A DNA stretch of 62,701 bases, taken from positions 1 through 62,701 of the IMG/VR virus record IMGVR_UViG_3300044911_000843. One strand, written 5' to 3'. This document shows, in pieces, positions 38,723 to 48,330 of the stretch. The notes below the pieces were generated by a model, which ran no database searches, was not told the DNA's origin, and saw only the letters and a program-made list of their open reading frames with translations. This DNA is from a virus. Lineage: Duplodnaviria; Caudoviricetes. Made by a program: the position numbers and the translations under genes. The number at the start of each line of letters is the position of its first letter. The stretch's first letter is position 1.

Positions 38723-41281
38723 TTAGTAATTCTGATTCGATCCATTGTTGGATCGTTTCTTGTTGTCCTGACTCTTCAGTTGCTGCGCCCTCATTTCGAG
38801 GTCGAGTAGTTCAAGTCCCGTATCAAGCATGTTCTGACGCTTGTTCGCATCTTCGCTGTTTTTGCTTTGAGCGATCTTTACGCCAAGAGCAGCGCCAGCG
38901 ACTCGTTCCTGTGAGGTGAGCCTGCGCTGATCGGCAGCTTCCTTCTGTGCAAGGGCTGCCATCTTGAACTGTAGTTCCTGCTTCGCAGCCTCGGCCTTCT
39001 GCTGGGCCTGCATCTGCTTGATCTGGAGTTCCTGCTGCTGCATCTGAACAACCGGGTCCTGCTGGGCCTGCTGGTTTTTCTTCTGTGCCGCCTCTGCCTG
39101 ATCCTTCTGGAGAAGCCTCTTGCTTGCCTCCGCCACGGTCTTGGAGAGCATGACCTCCACATCTTCCGGAAGAGGCTGATCCTCTGGCGGAAGAGGAACA
39201 CCCATCTGCTCTTCGATGCCCTTGCGGTAGGCGTAGGCGAGATGCTCCGACACATGGGCAGCAAGAGCCGCCTGTATGCGGGATGCCTGCGGGCTCTGCC
39301 CGACAAGCTCCATGATCTTCGGGTCCTGTGCCGCCGCCAGATGAACCTGAATATGGGCTTCCTGATCCTGATAGAGGAAAGCCTTTACCGGCTTGCCCAT
39401 CAGCAGCGCCATGTTCTCCGATACCGGGTCCATCGGAGTAATATCCTCCGGGTCCTTGACGATCTTGTCGGCATTCTGGACGCCAAGGATCGTCACGAAA
39501 TCCCGGTACAGGAGCGGCATATCGAATGCCTGCTGGTCTGTCTGGGCCAACTGGAGGACAGCCTGTCCCTGAACAACCCGCTGCGCCATGCTGGCTGCAT
39601 TCGGATCGGACACCGGGATGATATCCACTTGAGCGAAGTCCTCGACGCGAGAGCTATCGGCTTGCTCAACCTCGTATTCGTACTCCGGACCCATGTCTGT
39701 CGCGATGATATCCGCAATCAGCTTCAGGTCCTGCTTGAGGCTGGCATGGAGTCTTGCCTGAACCGCAGACATGACCTTCATGGATCGCTCCAGAAGGGCA
39801 AGTGTGGTGCCGACAGGAGCCTGCTGCGTCATCGCATTGATGGGGAGATCGGGTGCCGCACCAAGCCTGCGGCCTTCCTGAATCATGTCATTCAGGAGAC
39901 TGTGAAGAACCGCACTCGGTTCCTTGTAGGGCAGGAATGCGATGTTATCCCTGATGTTCCCGGAAGGAACATCGACATCGCGGAACTCACCCGGCATGAT
40001 CGGACTGTCGTCGCCCTTGATCCTCATGCCTCTGGATTTGAGGCCGCCGGGGAGATTGGCGAGTGTGCCCGCGTCCACAAGCTGTCTAAGAATGCTCGTG
40101 GCAGAAGCGGTAATCCCGCCAATCAGGTGAATAAGGCCAGAGCCATAGAAGCCCAAGCCCGGTAGATAGTGATAAGGCGTGAAATGCTGACGCCTGATCT
40201 TCATCGGGTCGCTCTCACTCCAGTTCCGGCGAATGGCCAGAACCTTCTGAGACGATTTATCGACCGTGATCACATAGGGAAGTTCGATGCCCGTCTGGGC
40301 TTCTTCTCCCGTATCCTCATCCGTAATCGTGTCTTCGAATCCGGGCAAATCCCAGTCTACATGGCACTCGTAGAGAGTATATCGCTCATCATCCTGAGAG
40401 GGATGGGAGCTACCTGTCAGCTTGTCGTACTTCTCTTTGATGTCGTCCTGCCGATAGGTTGGCTTCGGAAGATCGACACCTGAATACTGCCCAGTAACCT
40501 GCATCTTCTTCAGGTCGTTTGGGAAGATTCGCATGACCTGTGTATATCGGGGACAGGTCCTCAGGTCCGTGGTTCCGTATGGAACGATGAAGTCCTCTGC
40601 CGGAATGAAACGCCCCACAGGCCTTTTTAGTTCCGGGGAAAAGTAGATTTTTCTGAAGGCACTCCCGGCGAGTGCCAGATAGAACAGAAGCTGTTCCGTT
40701 TCTGGACGGAACTCGGTCATGCGATCCAGCAGGAAGTAGTTCAGTTCCTGCTCAACGCGCTTGGCCTGCTTCTCCTTGTCCTTGGTCCACTTGCCAAGGG
40801 TCTTGGTTCGAACCGGCCCGCCAGCCGGGTAGATTTCCATAATGGCCTGAGACTGAAACCTGACCGCAGCCTCGGTCATTACCGGGTGGAAGACACCACA
40901 GGCACCGGACCAAGGGTCGGTACGCTCTTCGGTCTTGAAGCCCAGAAGGCTCAGACCCTTAATGTACGCCCGCTTCCAGTCATCCCGCGAACGGTCATCG
41001 ATCTCGACCATCTCGCAGATTTTCCGGCCAATCGAATCGAGTTCGTTCTCTTCAATGTAGCCAGCCAGATTGTCATCGAATTCTTCTTCCTCCTCGGGAG
41101 ATGAATCCTCCGGAGCAAAGTCTACCGTGACGCCGCCATCATCGTTCTGCTCGATACCGACTTCCGGATCATCCGGAACAAGATCGATGTCGGTGCCAAG
41201 TCCCTGAACAATATCTTCGGGAAGAGAACCTTCCGGAGCGATTGTCGTTTCAATAAATGAGGGTCTTGGAGAGCGAGCCAT
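38723..41281 (-). CDS. Portal protein (P22-like, Gln-rich C-terminal barrel)
   Basis: 852 aa after terL; HP...EA..RFQ, G..FRK.Y, R.L.DAG.L.N; Q-rich tail. Confidence 0.85.
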   Translation of the reverse strand: MARSPRPSFIETTIAPEGSLPEDIVQGLGTDIDLVPDDPEVGIEQNDDGGVTVDFAPEDSSPEEEEEFDDNLAGYIEENELDSIGRKICEMVEIDDRSRDDWKRAYIKGLSLLGFKTEERTDPWSGACGVFHPVMTEAAVRFQSQAIMEIYPAGGPVRTKTLGKWTKDKEKQAKRVEQELNYFLLDRMTEFRPETEQLLFYLALAGSAFRKIYFSPELKRPVGRFIPAEDFIVPYGTTDLRTCPRYTQVMRIFPNDLKKMQVTGQYSGVDLPKPTYRQDDIKEKYDKLTGSSHPSQDDERYTLYECHVDWDLPGFEDTITDEDTGEEAQTGIELPYVITVDKSSQKVLAIRRNWSESDPMKIRRQHFTPYHYLPGLGFYGSGLIHLIGGITASATSILRQLVDAGTLANLPGGLKSRGMRIKGDDSPIMPGEFRDVDVPSGNIRDNIAFLPYKEPSAVLHSLLNDMIQEGRRLGAAPDLPINAMTQQAPVGTTLALLERSMKVMSAVQARLHASLKQDLKLIADIIATDMGPEYEYEVEQADSSRVEDFAQVDIIPVSDPNAASMAQRVVQGQAVLQLAQTDQQAFDMPLLYRDFVTILGVQNADKIVKDPEDITPMDPVSENMALLMGKPVKAFLYQDQEAHIQVHLAAAQDPKIMELVGQSPQASRIQAALAAHVSEHLAYAYRKGIEEQMGVPLPPEDQPLPEDVEVMLSKTVAEASKRLLQKDQAEAAQKKNQQAQQDPVVQMQQQELQIKQMQAQQKAEAAKQELQFKMAALAQKEAADQRRLTSQERVAGAALGVKIAQSKNSEDANKRQNMLDTGLELLDLEMRAQQLKSQDNKKRSNNGSNQNY

Positions 41282-41301
41282 CAGGTTCCGATTCTGGTTA
41301 A

Positions 41302-42864
41302 TCAGTAATAGGCACGGCGACGGGGACGGACGGGTTCGTCATCACCCCATGTGTCTGAAGCTAGAGTTAGAAATCCACCTTGCCTGAATCTCATTAAAGC
41401 CATCGCTACGCAATCGACCAAGTCGTCATGCTCGACGGATGGGAAGTTCGCACAGTCCTCGATGACCTCATCCGCCCACACGAACTCCGGTGCCCACACA
41501 AGCCCGGAGGCAAAGATATCCGAGACTGCATTGACCCGGCTGATCTTGTCGTTGGGAGCCAGCTTGGTTCCACGGGTAGGATTGTATTCCTGTACCGGAA
41601 TCCCTCTGGCGCGCAACTCGTAGATCAGCGGAGCCCCCGCCGCCTTGGCCTCGACCATGAAGATGTCAGGCTGCCACTTCATGTAATGACGATGGGCAAT
41701 CGCCTTCAGTTCAGGGAACTCAAGGCGCTCCTTCCATGCGTCCAGAAGGATGAGATTGGGAACGCTCTTCCCGCCCTTGTCCGTCCGTGTCGCCTCGCTC
41801 TCCCCCGTAAAGATTCCCCAAGTGGTGAAGGCCGTGTAGTCGGCTGACTCCTTCTGGGAGTAAGCGGTATCGACCGTCACCATTTTTAGCGAGCATTCTG
41901 GGACCCTCGGCTCCTTCCAGCGTTTCCACCATTCCCGCCTGATGATGGAACCGGAATCATTCGAAGGTTCCTGCTGGTACTGGGCATTCCACCTGTTCGG
42001 TGGAAGGGCCAGCTTGGTCGCCTCAAGGTTCTCCAGACTCCAGAACTCTGGCCACAGAGACTTGCCGCTGGGCATGATTGCAGGAAGGGCCACGACCTTC
42101 CATTTGTCCGCCCTGTCCGACGCCGCCTCGCGCTCTGCCTTCAGAAGCTGGCCGGTGAAATCATTCACTGCCCACCGAGACTGGACCACCACGATGCGCC
42201 CGTTGGGCTGCAAACGCTGGCGGGGACCGGCCACGAACCAAGAGTAAACCCGCTGGAAGACACTGCTGTCTCCTATGGCGGCTACTGCCTGCTGCTCGCC
42301 GGTCGGGTCATCGATGATCACGATGTCGCCGCCCTTGCCGGTCACGTTACCTTCGGCACCCACCGCAAAATACTCTCCCCCGTGGGAGGTATGCCAGCGG
42401 CCCGCCGCCTTGGAGTCAGCCCTCAGGCCAACTCCGGGGAATATCTGCTGGTACTCGGTGGACGCGACAAGGTTACGCACCTTCCTCGACCAGCCAATGG
42501 CCATATCTCCGGTGCCACAAATCTGGATGATCTTGGCTTCGGGGTTCAGCCCGATATACCAAGCCGGAAGCATGTAGCTGAATAGCTCGGACTTGCTGAA
42601 TCGGGGCGGGAGATTGAGAATTACCCGGTTTTCACGCCCAAAAACAACGTCTTCAGCCAGTGCCGCCATCGTTTTATGATGGGTTCCAAGGATGAAACTA
42701 GGCCAACAAAGCCTCACAAAATCCAAGAAACTGGTACGAGCGTTCTCAATTCGCTCCAATCCGTCGATCTTTCCGACCAATTCCAGAAGATTTGAATACT
42801 CTTCCGGGTCCACCGTCTGAAGCATCTTCAGGCTTTTGTGGATTTCGTTCGGATCGAGGGCCAT
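41302..42864 (-). CDS. terL: Terminase large subunit
   Basis: LNLPPRFSKSE (Walker A-like), IIDDP (Walker B), DTA..DYTA and HDDLVD nuclease motifs. Confidence 0.95.
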   Translation of the reverse strand: MALDPNEIHKSLKMLQTVDPEEYSNLLELVGKIDGLERIENARTSFLDFVRLCWPSFILGTHHKTMAALAEDVVFGRENRVILNLPPRFSKSELFSYMLPAWYIGLNPEAKIIQICGTGDMAIGWSRKVRNLVASTEYQQIFPGVGLRADSKAAGRWHTSHGGEYFAVGAEGNVTGKGGDIVIIDDPTGEQQAVAAIGDSSVFQRVYSWFVAGPRQRLQPNGRIVVVQSRWAVNDFTGQLLKAEREAASDRADKWKVVALPAIMPSGKSLWPEFWSLENLEATKLALPPNRWNAQYQQEPSNDSGSIIRREWWKRWKEPRVPECSLKMVTVDTAYSQKESADYTAFTTWGIFTGESEATRTDKGGKSVPNLILLDAWKERLEFPELKAIAHRHYMKWQPDIFMVEAKAAGAPLIYELRARGIPVQEYNPTRGTKLAPNDKISRVNAVSDIFASGLVWAPEFVWADEVIEDCANFPSVEHDDLVDCVAMALMRFRQGGFLTLASDTWGDDEPVRPRRRAYY

Positions 42865-42880
42865 TCAGGGTCCAGATATG

Positions 42881-42906
42881 AAAAAGCCCCGCAAATACGG
42901 GGCTTT
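42881..42906 (-). terminator. Intrinsic terminator immediately upstream of terL
   Basis: AAAGCCCCG-TATTTG-CGGGGCTTTTT on the minus strand. Confidence 0.7.
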
Positions 42907-42955
42907 CCTGTGGTTCATCCCCCGTGGGGGGACAGCTTCCCACTACATCTGGTAG

Positions 42956-42984
42956 AACCTATTGACATTTTATCTACAGGTCAA
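42956..42984 (-). promoter_or_regulatory. Sigma70-like promoter for the terL leader with a TTGAC/GTCAA inverted repeat
   Basis: TTGACC-17 bp-TAGGTT. Confidence 0.55.
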
Positions 42985-42994
42985 GGGAAAGGTA

Positions 42995-43432
42995 TCAGGA
43001 TACCCCACTAGGGTCCTCTGCCTCCTCTTCCTGCGGGATATTTGCAGTCATACTGCTCAAGAAACTGATGGAATTGTTCAGTTGGTGCAGTTCCCGGCTG
43101 TATCTGGCGATAATCTCCTCAAGCCAGAGGCGTCTTTCCTTCATTTCAGCGATTCCCATGCGGGGTGCCGGGGAAATGTAGGTCTCTGGTGCGAATACCG
43201 GGGCAAAAGGAGCCCCTCCTGCGGCTACAAAGTCAGAAACAACCTCTATCGCCGGGTTCTCCAGCGTTTCTGAGGACTTACGCCTCTCCCAGTGGTTCCT
43301 CCGGGCGAGGATCATCATGTAATTCTCGGAAGTCTCATGCTTGATGGCGACATCCTTGAGGGACATGCGGCGTTCCTCGTAGTCAGCCCGCAATCTGGCC
43401 AGCTTCTGGCCGCGCCACTTACTTGCGACCAT
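42995..43432 (-). CDS. HTH-containing protein
   Basis: LRADYE...SLKDVAIKHETS..ARRNHW. Confidence 0.6.
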   Translation of the reverse strand: MVASKWRGQKLARLRADYEERRMSLKDVAIKHETSENYMMILARRNHWERRKSSETLENPAIEVVSDFVAAGGAPFAPVFAPETYISPAPRMGIAEMKERRLWLEEIIARYSRELHQLNNSISFLSSMTANIPQEEEAEDPSGVS

Positions 43433-43790
43433 CGGCCCTCACCTCAGAGCCACAGTCGATGTCCTCCTTGCACTCGCCCATGCTGAAAACCATCCTTGCC
43501 AGAGGCACCGGATCGACATTCTCTTGTGCTGCAAGAATGCAGACATCATCAAGAGTACATTCTTCTGCGTGTTTCCATGGACGATTGTAATAAGCCTTAT
43601 AAAGACCTTGTAGGTCTTCCTTTGACTCCTTTGGGATGCCTGTCATTCGGGACATGGTTCCCGCCAAGTACGTGACGGCCTCTATATTGGGCCACGTCAT
43701 CTTGATATTTTGCCGCGTCATCTTGTTGATCCTCCATAGAAGAAGACGAACATAAGAATACCGGCCAAGACCATACCAACGGCCAGCCAC
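43419..43790 (-). CDS. Hypothetical protein (start uncertain)
   Basis: ORF in a run of leftward small genes. Confidence 0.5.
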   Translation of the reverse strand: MAGRWYGLGRYSYVRLLLWRINKMTRQNIKMTWPNIEAVTYLAGTMSRMTGIPKESKEDLQGLYKAYYNRPWKHAEECTLDDVCILAAQENVDPVPLARMVFSMGECKEDIDCGSEVRADGRK

Positions 43791-43833
43791 TCAATCCGGT
43801 CACGCCGGATGCGCTTCTCCCGGTAGCGGCTCC

Positions 43834-44043
43834 TCATCTTCCCTCTCCCTGACCGTTGGCAGCGTCAGCAAGCTCCTGCGCCTGTGCCTTGGTCATCCCG
43901 TAGCCGGGGGTGCCGTGGTTGGTATTCCACCCGGTATGCTTGGGATCATGGGACAGGGTCCAGATTCGGTCCTTGGGGTCCGGATCGGTCGCCAGAGCGG
44001 AACAGACTACATACCAATGGTTAGTCACGGGGGATACCCACAC
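43834..44043 (-). CDS. Hypothetical protein
   Basis: 69-aa ORF overlapping the end of the upstream gene. Confidence 0.5.
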   Translation of the reverse strand: MWVSPVTNHWYVVCSALATDPDPKDRIWTLSHDPKHTGWNTNHGTPGYGMTKAQAQELADAANGQGEGR

Positions 44044-44362
44044 CAGCCCTGAGGGTATATTCAGGCTTCGGGCTGGAATGACTGGCTCTGTCCTTGGGCT
44101 TCACCCAGCGCCCGGTAGGGTTAAGAACTCCCTTGTTCAGGAGTAGCCTGACTACAGTCCCATAGACGTTCGGGGAATGGGCCTTGCCGACATCCTCCTC
44201 GATCAGGTGCCTCAGGTACTCTCCGGTGACGATCCTGCCATTGAAGGCATCAGCATGGCACATGCAGCATTCTACTGCCTTGTCCATCCATACCTTGCCC
44301 GCATTCTTGGCTACCAGAGCCAGACCCTCATCCCTCGCGATATCGCCTTCACTCATCGACAT
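44021..44362 (-). CDS. Hypothetical protein (winged-helix-like)
   Basis: MSMSEGDIARDEG..W..A..HSPNVYG..SH; start revised. Confidence 0.55.
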   Translation of the reverse strand: MSMSEGDIARDEGLALVAKNAGKVWMDKAVECCMCHADAFNGRIVTGEYLRHLIEEDVGKAHSPNVYGTVVRLLLNKGVLNPTGRWVKPKDRASHSSPKPEYTLRAGVGIPRD

Positions 44363-44435
44363 AAGAATTCCCTTTGGTTGCGACGGGCGATAATAGCGCG
44401 GTTCGGGTGCCGGTGGGTGCGACATTTCAGCGCGG

Positions 44436-44690
44436 CTACGCGGAACCCCTGTTCCTGCTGTGCATGTAGCCACCGTTGCCTAGGCTGACATATCCAGTCC
44501 TCAGGGAGGGAGACCCGGCTTCCTGCTTGAGATACCTGTCCATAATGAATCTGCTGATTGGTTCTTCATGCTGGACCTTGGAAGGACTGATCATCCCATC
44601 TTCAGCAATCCGGGTGTGACCCCGGTAATGGGCATAGGAGGATACTCCCAGCCGATCTTTCAGACCTTGAATATATTCCTTTTGGGACAT
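44436..44690 (-). CDS. Hypothetical protein
   Basis: 84 aa, GGAGG RBS. Confidence 0.55.
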   Translation of the reverse strand: MSQKEYIQGLKDRLGVSSYAHYRGHTRIAEDGMISPSKVQHEEPISRFIMDRYLKQEAGSPSLRTGYVSLGNGGYMHSRNRGSA

Positions 44691-44742
44691 GAGACTATCC
44701 TCCCCAGAGGACCATCAGCCTATACCGATACCCAAACGTAAC

Positions 44743-44772
44743 AAGCCCCGCGAATTTTTCATCGCGGGGCTT
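44743..44772. terminator. Strong hairpin / terminator
   Basis: AAGCCCCGCGA/TCGCGGGGCTT 11-bp stem. Confidence 0.6.
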
Positions 44773-44833
44773 GCCAAGCCGAAGCTTTGCGTCATAAGCT
44801 TCGAACCGTTGGGCGTTGCCGCGCCCGTGTCCG

Positions 44834-44863
44834 ATACTAGTATCCCCGGACACAGCGCGTCAA
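44834..44863 (-). promoter_or_regulatory. Sigma70-like promoter overlapped by the palindrome GATACTAGTATC
   Basis: TTGACG-18 bp-TAGTAT. Confidence 0.45.
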
Positions 44864-44884
44864 CTCTCCCAAAAGAACTAAGAA

Positions 44885-45085
44885 GCAGGCCGTAGACGTA
44901 AACGGTCAGCCCTCAGAAGCCATTACCTCGGTGACTGAGGGTCCCATTGGGCGGTTGGAGCGGGGAAACCTCATCCAGCCCCGGACACCCAGAATTCCTC
45001 GGCGGGTTTGCTATTGCGAGGGTCCTGTAAAAAGGGCGGGTGGAGGTAAATGGCGGGGGCTGGCTCCGTCAGAACTGGAACCTGT
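44885..45085 (+). ncRNA. Candidate ~200-nt structured RNA
   Basis: No convincing ORF; 44907-44929 pairs with 45043-45062; internal hairpins, one with a GAAA loop. Confidence 0.4.
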
Positions 45086-45163
45086 TATGCCTGCTTGACC
45101 CCCCCAAAGGTCAGGCAGGCTCGTTCTATGGCAAAAGCTTCACCGTCAAAACTGGATAGATGA

Positions 45164-45466
45164 ATGCAGCCCACTTCAGCCGAAGGTATTCGAAGACAAA
45201 TCCAACGAAAACAAAAAGCCGGAAAGTTGGTGCCACAAAGAATGATTGATGCCCTTGCGGAAGCCATCAAAAGAAATCCCGAGAAAGCTCATTTAACGAA
45301 GGGTATTGATGGGAAGCTAATCAAACCAAGTCGCAAGAATAAAATATACAAAGTTCTTCATGGAACAAAATTAGGGAAGGCTTCCAAAGGAAGAACCATT
45401 TCAGGAGATGAACTGGAAAGAAGAAAGAAAGAACTCGAAAAACTCTGCGACATTCCAGCGTACTGA
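45164..45466 (+). CDS. Basic hypothetical protein
   Basis: 100-aa Lys-rich ORF in an AT-richer stretch. Confidence 0.55.
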   Translation: MQPTSAEGIRRQIQRKQKAGKLVPQRMIDALAEAIKRNPEKAHLTKGIDGKLIKPSRKNKIYKVLHGTKLGKASKGRTISGDELERRKKELEKLCDIPAY

Positions 45467-45559
45467 TATGTTTATCCACCACAGAGGAACACAAGCAGGA
45501 GAAGCCGCAGGGCTTATCCTGCGTTGTCCCAGCAAGTTATTGCCGTTGAAAGAGACACT

Positions 45560-45796
45560 ATGAAATATCCTGATCCCTTGGAATCCGCTCGCAGGAACCT
45601 TCTTGCTCGGATCGAACGCATGACCAATCCATCGCCATGGCAGGCCAAGCGGCTGCTACGGGCTCGGGAATGGTTGGACAAGGGAGAGTATCGCAAGGGC
45701 GAGGATCATATGGCCGCCACTGAGAGACCGGATTTATACGATCTAGATCACAAGAAAGATCAATCATCAGAATCCCCGAGTGGGAGATACAGATGA
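45560..45796 (+). CDS. Hypothetical protein
   Basis: MKYPDPLES..; ATGA-coupled to the HTH gene. Confidence 0.5.
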   Translation: MKYPDPLESARRNLLARIERMTNPSPWQAKRLLRAREWLDKGEYRKGEDHMAATERPDLYDLDHKKDQSSESPSGRYR

Positions 45797-46050
45797 AGAC
45801 TATTACGGACCCTGACCTCCCTTTGGGTGAGCGCCTGAGAAGGCTTGCAGCGGCTCAAGGCAAGAAGCCAAAGGACATCGCTGCCGAGTTGGACATGTCG
45901 GTACAACACATCAGCAGGCTCTACTGCGGCAAGAAAACCATGCGCCCAGCAATGCTCGACGGATTCATTGCGGCGCTGGACCTTGAGTACATGGCAGCGG
46001 CGCTGCACAAGGCCGCCGCGCGCGAGTATGGCTTTAGAATAGGAGGATAG
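45793..46050 (+). CDS. XRE/Cro-C1 family HTH regulator
   Basis: LGERLRRL..G....DIAAELDMS.QHISRL..GK. Confidence 0.8.
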   Translation: MKTITDPDLPLGERLRRLAAAQGKKPKDIAAELDMSVQHISRLYCGKKTMRPAMLDGFIAALDLEYMAAALHKAAAREYGFRIGG

Positions 46051-46053
46051 GAC

Positions 46054-46191
46054 ATGATCGACGCGAAAGAACTGGAAGAGGCGCTAAACGCCATCGAACT
46101 GACGCCGAGGGGGCGCTACGCGGACATACTGATCGCCGCCGCCCGCGCTGCGCTCCTCACAGATGAACCCGACAAGGCCAAGACACCCTAA
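46054..46191 (+). CDS. Small hypothetical protein (45 aa, not in ORF track)
   Basis: AGGAGG RBS; MIDAKELEEALNAIE... Confidence 0.5.
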   Translation: MIDAKELEEALNAIELTPRGRYADILIAAARAALLTDEPDKAKTP

Positions 46192-46616
46192 AGCTTACGG
46201 AACCTGTCCTTCCTCAGGAGGACTACAGGCTCGCAGTCCTGATCATCGTTCCGGTCCGTTCTACCGCCGTACCCAATTCCATCATGGGAGAAGTCACTGG
46301 TCCTGTACCAGTAGGTGCCACCAAGACCATCCCTGACGATCACTATCAGGGGACAGGCGGCTACCTCACAAAGGTTCTTGGCGGTGCCCCACTTGAGCAG
46401 GCTGATGAAGACCCCGCCCATCCGGTCCATGGCATCCATGGAATAGTCCCGATGCTTGATCTCCGCGAAGGCAGACCCGCTCGGTCTCTTGAGCATGTAA
46501 TCTACAGGAAAGGCTGTCTTCATCCGGATGATCTTGCAGTCCCAGCGGGTAGCTACGTAACGAGCTATGAGTTCCTCGTTGGACCTCTGGGAAGAGGTTT
46601 CATAGAACGGGCGCAA
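46188..46616 (-). CDS. PD-(D/E)XK nuclease-like protein
   Basis: PVDY....AFAEIKHR; start revised to TTG 46616. Confidence 0.65.
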   Translation of the reverse strand: MRPFYETSSQRSNEELIARYVATRWDCKIIRMKTAFPVDYMLKRPSGSAFAEIKHRDYSMDAMDRMGGVFISLLKWGTAKNLCEVAACPLIVIVRDGLGGTYWYRTSDFSHDGIGYGGRTDRNDDQDCEPVVLLRKDRFRKL

Positions 46617-46617
46617 G

Positions 46618-46914
46618 CTACTTCTTATTCCGCTTGGAGATAGCCGACGCCTTCGCCTTGGCATCCGACTTGGACCCGGCACCCCAAGCCTGAAGGGAAA
46701 GCAGCAATCTGGTCGGCTTCCCGTCCGGTTTCCTCTCCGGTCCCGGCATCCCTCCCATCCGGGCAAGGAACGACGCACGGCGGGGATTATCCCCGGACTT
46801 CACAGGAGCCTTCAGGTTCATTCCATCTGCCTTGGCGGAAGAACGTCCCTTGGCGTTGAGACCTCCCTCCGGGTTCTTTCCAGCCTTGGTCTGCCAAGCG
46901 GGTGATTTAGCCAC
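46618..46914 (-). CDS. Basic conserved phage protein (DUF6321-like)
   Basis: K.P.GGLNAKGR..RRASF.ARM..TRL.LSL.AW. Confidence 0.7.
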   Translation of the reverse strand: MAKSPAWQTKAGKNPEGGLNAKGRSSAKADGMNLKAPVKSGDNPRRASFLARMGGMPGPERKPDGKPTRLLLSLQAWGAGSKSDAKAKASAISKRNKK

Positions 46915-47176
46915 AGCGCATCTCCTTCAGCATGCGGTTCCTAAGGGACCGGCGAGCCCGCCAATGTCTCTCATAGCTGGTCATTGTCAGGCCAATGACA
47001 TTCTTTCTATCCACTTGAGCAGCAAGCTCAAAGACCAGTTCCCAAGACAGGTCATCCCCAAGGTCAGCCAAAAGCTCACAGATAGCCCAGTCCTCTGAGT
47101 TAACAGCGTTTGCCGAGTCGATGCCCAACACGGGGTCAAGGTTGAAACGGTAGTTTTCGTAACTGTCTGTATTCAT
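46907..47176 (-). CDS. Hypothetical protein
   Basis: 89 aa, GGAG RBS. Confidence 0.55.
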   Translation of the reverse strand: MNTDSYENYRFNLDPVLGIDSANAVNSEDWAICELLADLGDDLSWELVFELAAQVDRKNVIGLTMTSYERHWRARRSLRNRMLKEMRCG

Positions 47177-47223
47177 TGGATAAAATGCTCCCTCTCCACG
47201 GGCGGGACACTTAGCTTGGAAGA

Positions 47224-48183
47224 CTACAGATCAGTCTCAAGCATTTCTCGATGCTGCGCTTCCTCGACCTCCGGTCTGCGGTGCAGAATAGGCTCGATGT
47301 CCGAAACCTTTGATTTTTCAGAAAATTCAGACAGGCCTTTTCGGACTGGCTCATGGCCAAAATGCACCCCCGGTTGGGTTTGGGAGGGGGAGCTAGGATT
47401 ATTGGGTTCGTATGCGGGGGTTACTATAAAATTCTCAGGCGGGTCCGCTGGTGCTGCAAGGGGGCTGCCCGGTGGGTGGGGTTCGCGCGAGCCTTTTTCT
47501 TCCGCCGTGGCGGATGGCGGGCTGTTCACCGTCCCTATGCCGAGGGACAGCGAGGGATTGTAGCGCCCTAGGGCAGTGCTAAGTCTTTGATATAGCTGAG
47601 ACTTTAGTGCCTCAAGGTCCTTGGGATTGATGCTGCGTTCAGTGCGGCGGACATCAGTGAACAAAGCTTCCGTCTTCCCCAATAGCTCCAATGCCCGGAT
47701 ACGGCTGCTACTCTCACCTGCGGTCTGGGCTTCCATGGTGAGCCTGCCGAGCACGAAATCTCTCATGTTTACAACAGCTTGCGCCCTCTTCGCCTCCATC
47801 TCCCCGCGATACTGCCCTATTGCGTCCCGCCACACCGGCTTGCTGGTGATCCTATGTGCCGCATATGTCACCTGTTCTGGCGCTATGTCGGGCCTTGCCT
47901 GATACGCTGCCCTGTATGCGTCGGACAGGGTGGCACCCCTTGCGACCAGCCTTGCCATTGCGTCCGCTCTGGGGGTTAGCCCATTGGCCAGCGTTCGCCC
48001 GGTCCTGATTTCCCCGGAGATTGTGACCGGAGGTATGTCCAAATCTACAGGGAGCCTAGGCATTAGGGTGCCGCCCGCTAGGTATACGATCTCGGCTTCT
48101 CCCATTGGTGCCTTTTGAGCTTTGGTTCTGGCAGCCGCTGGTATCTCGCTTGCGCTCGCAGGCCGGCGCTTAGTTGGTTTCAT
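47224..48183 (-). CDS. terS: Terminase small subunit with a Pro-rich C-terminal tail
   Basis: LTPR..A..G..SDAYRAAY..A.R...P...I; VL..L..EA..RIRALELLGK...F. Confidence 0.75.
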   Translation of the reverse strand: MKPTKRRPASASEIPAAARTKAQKAPMGEAEIVYLAGGTLMPRLPVDLDIPPVTISGEIRTGRTLANGLTPRADAMARLVARGATLSDAYRAAYQARPDIAPEQVTYAAHRITSKPVWRDAIGQYRGEMEAKRAQAVVNMRDFVLGRLTMEAQTAGESSSRIRALELLGKTEALFTDVRRTERSINPKDLEALKSQLYQRLSTALGRYNPSLSLGIGTVNSPPSATAEEKGSREPHPPGSPLAAPADPPENFIVTPAYEPNNPSSPSQTQPGVHFGHEPVRKGLSEFSEKSKVSDIEPILHRRPEVEEAQHREMLETDL

Positions 48184-48330
48184 TTAGTAACCCGTGAGCA
48201 AATTCAGCGTTATATGTGCGGCGGATTGTCGCATTATCACCGGGCATTGGAAACCGTATCTTCGATGAACCGGCGACGAGATCGCCCGGCGGGGAACCAT
48301 CCCGGTTCCGCCCCTTCAGAGGACAGCACC

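Noticed and set aside
44790-44815. tRNA T-loop-like GGTTCGAA on the minus strand
   Set aside because: No cloverleaf, acceptor stem or anticodon arm could be built
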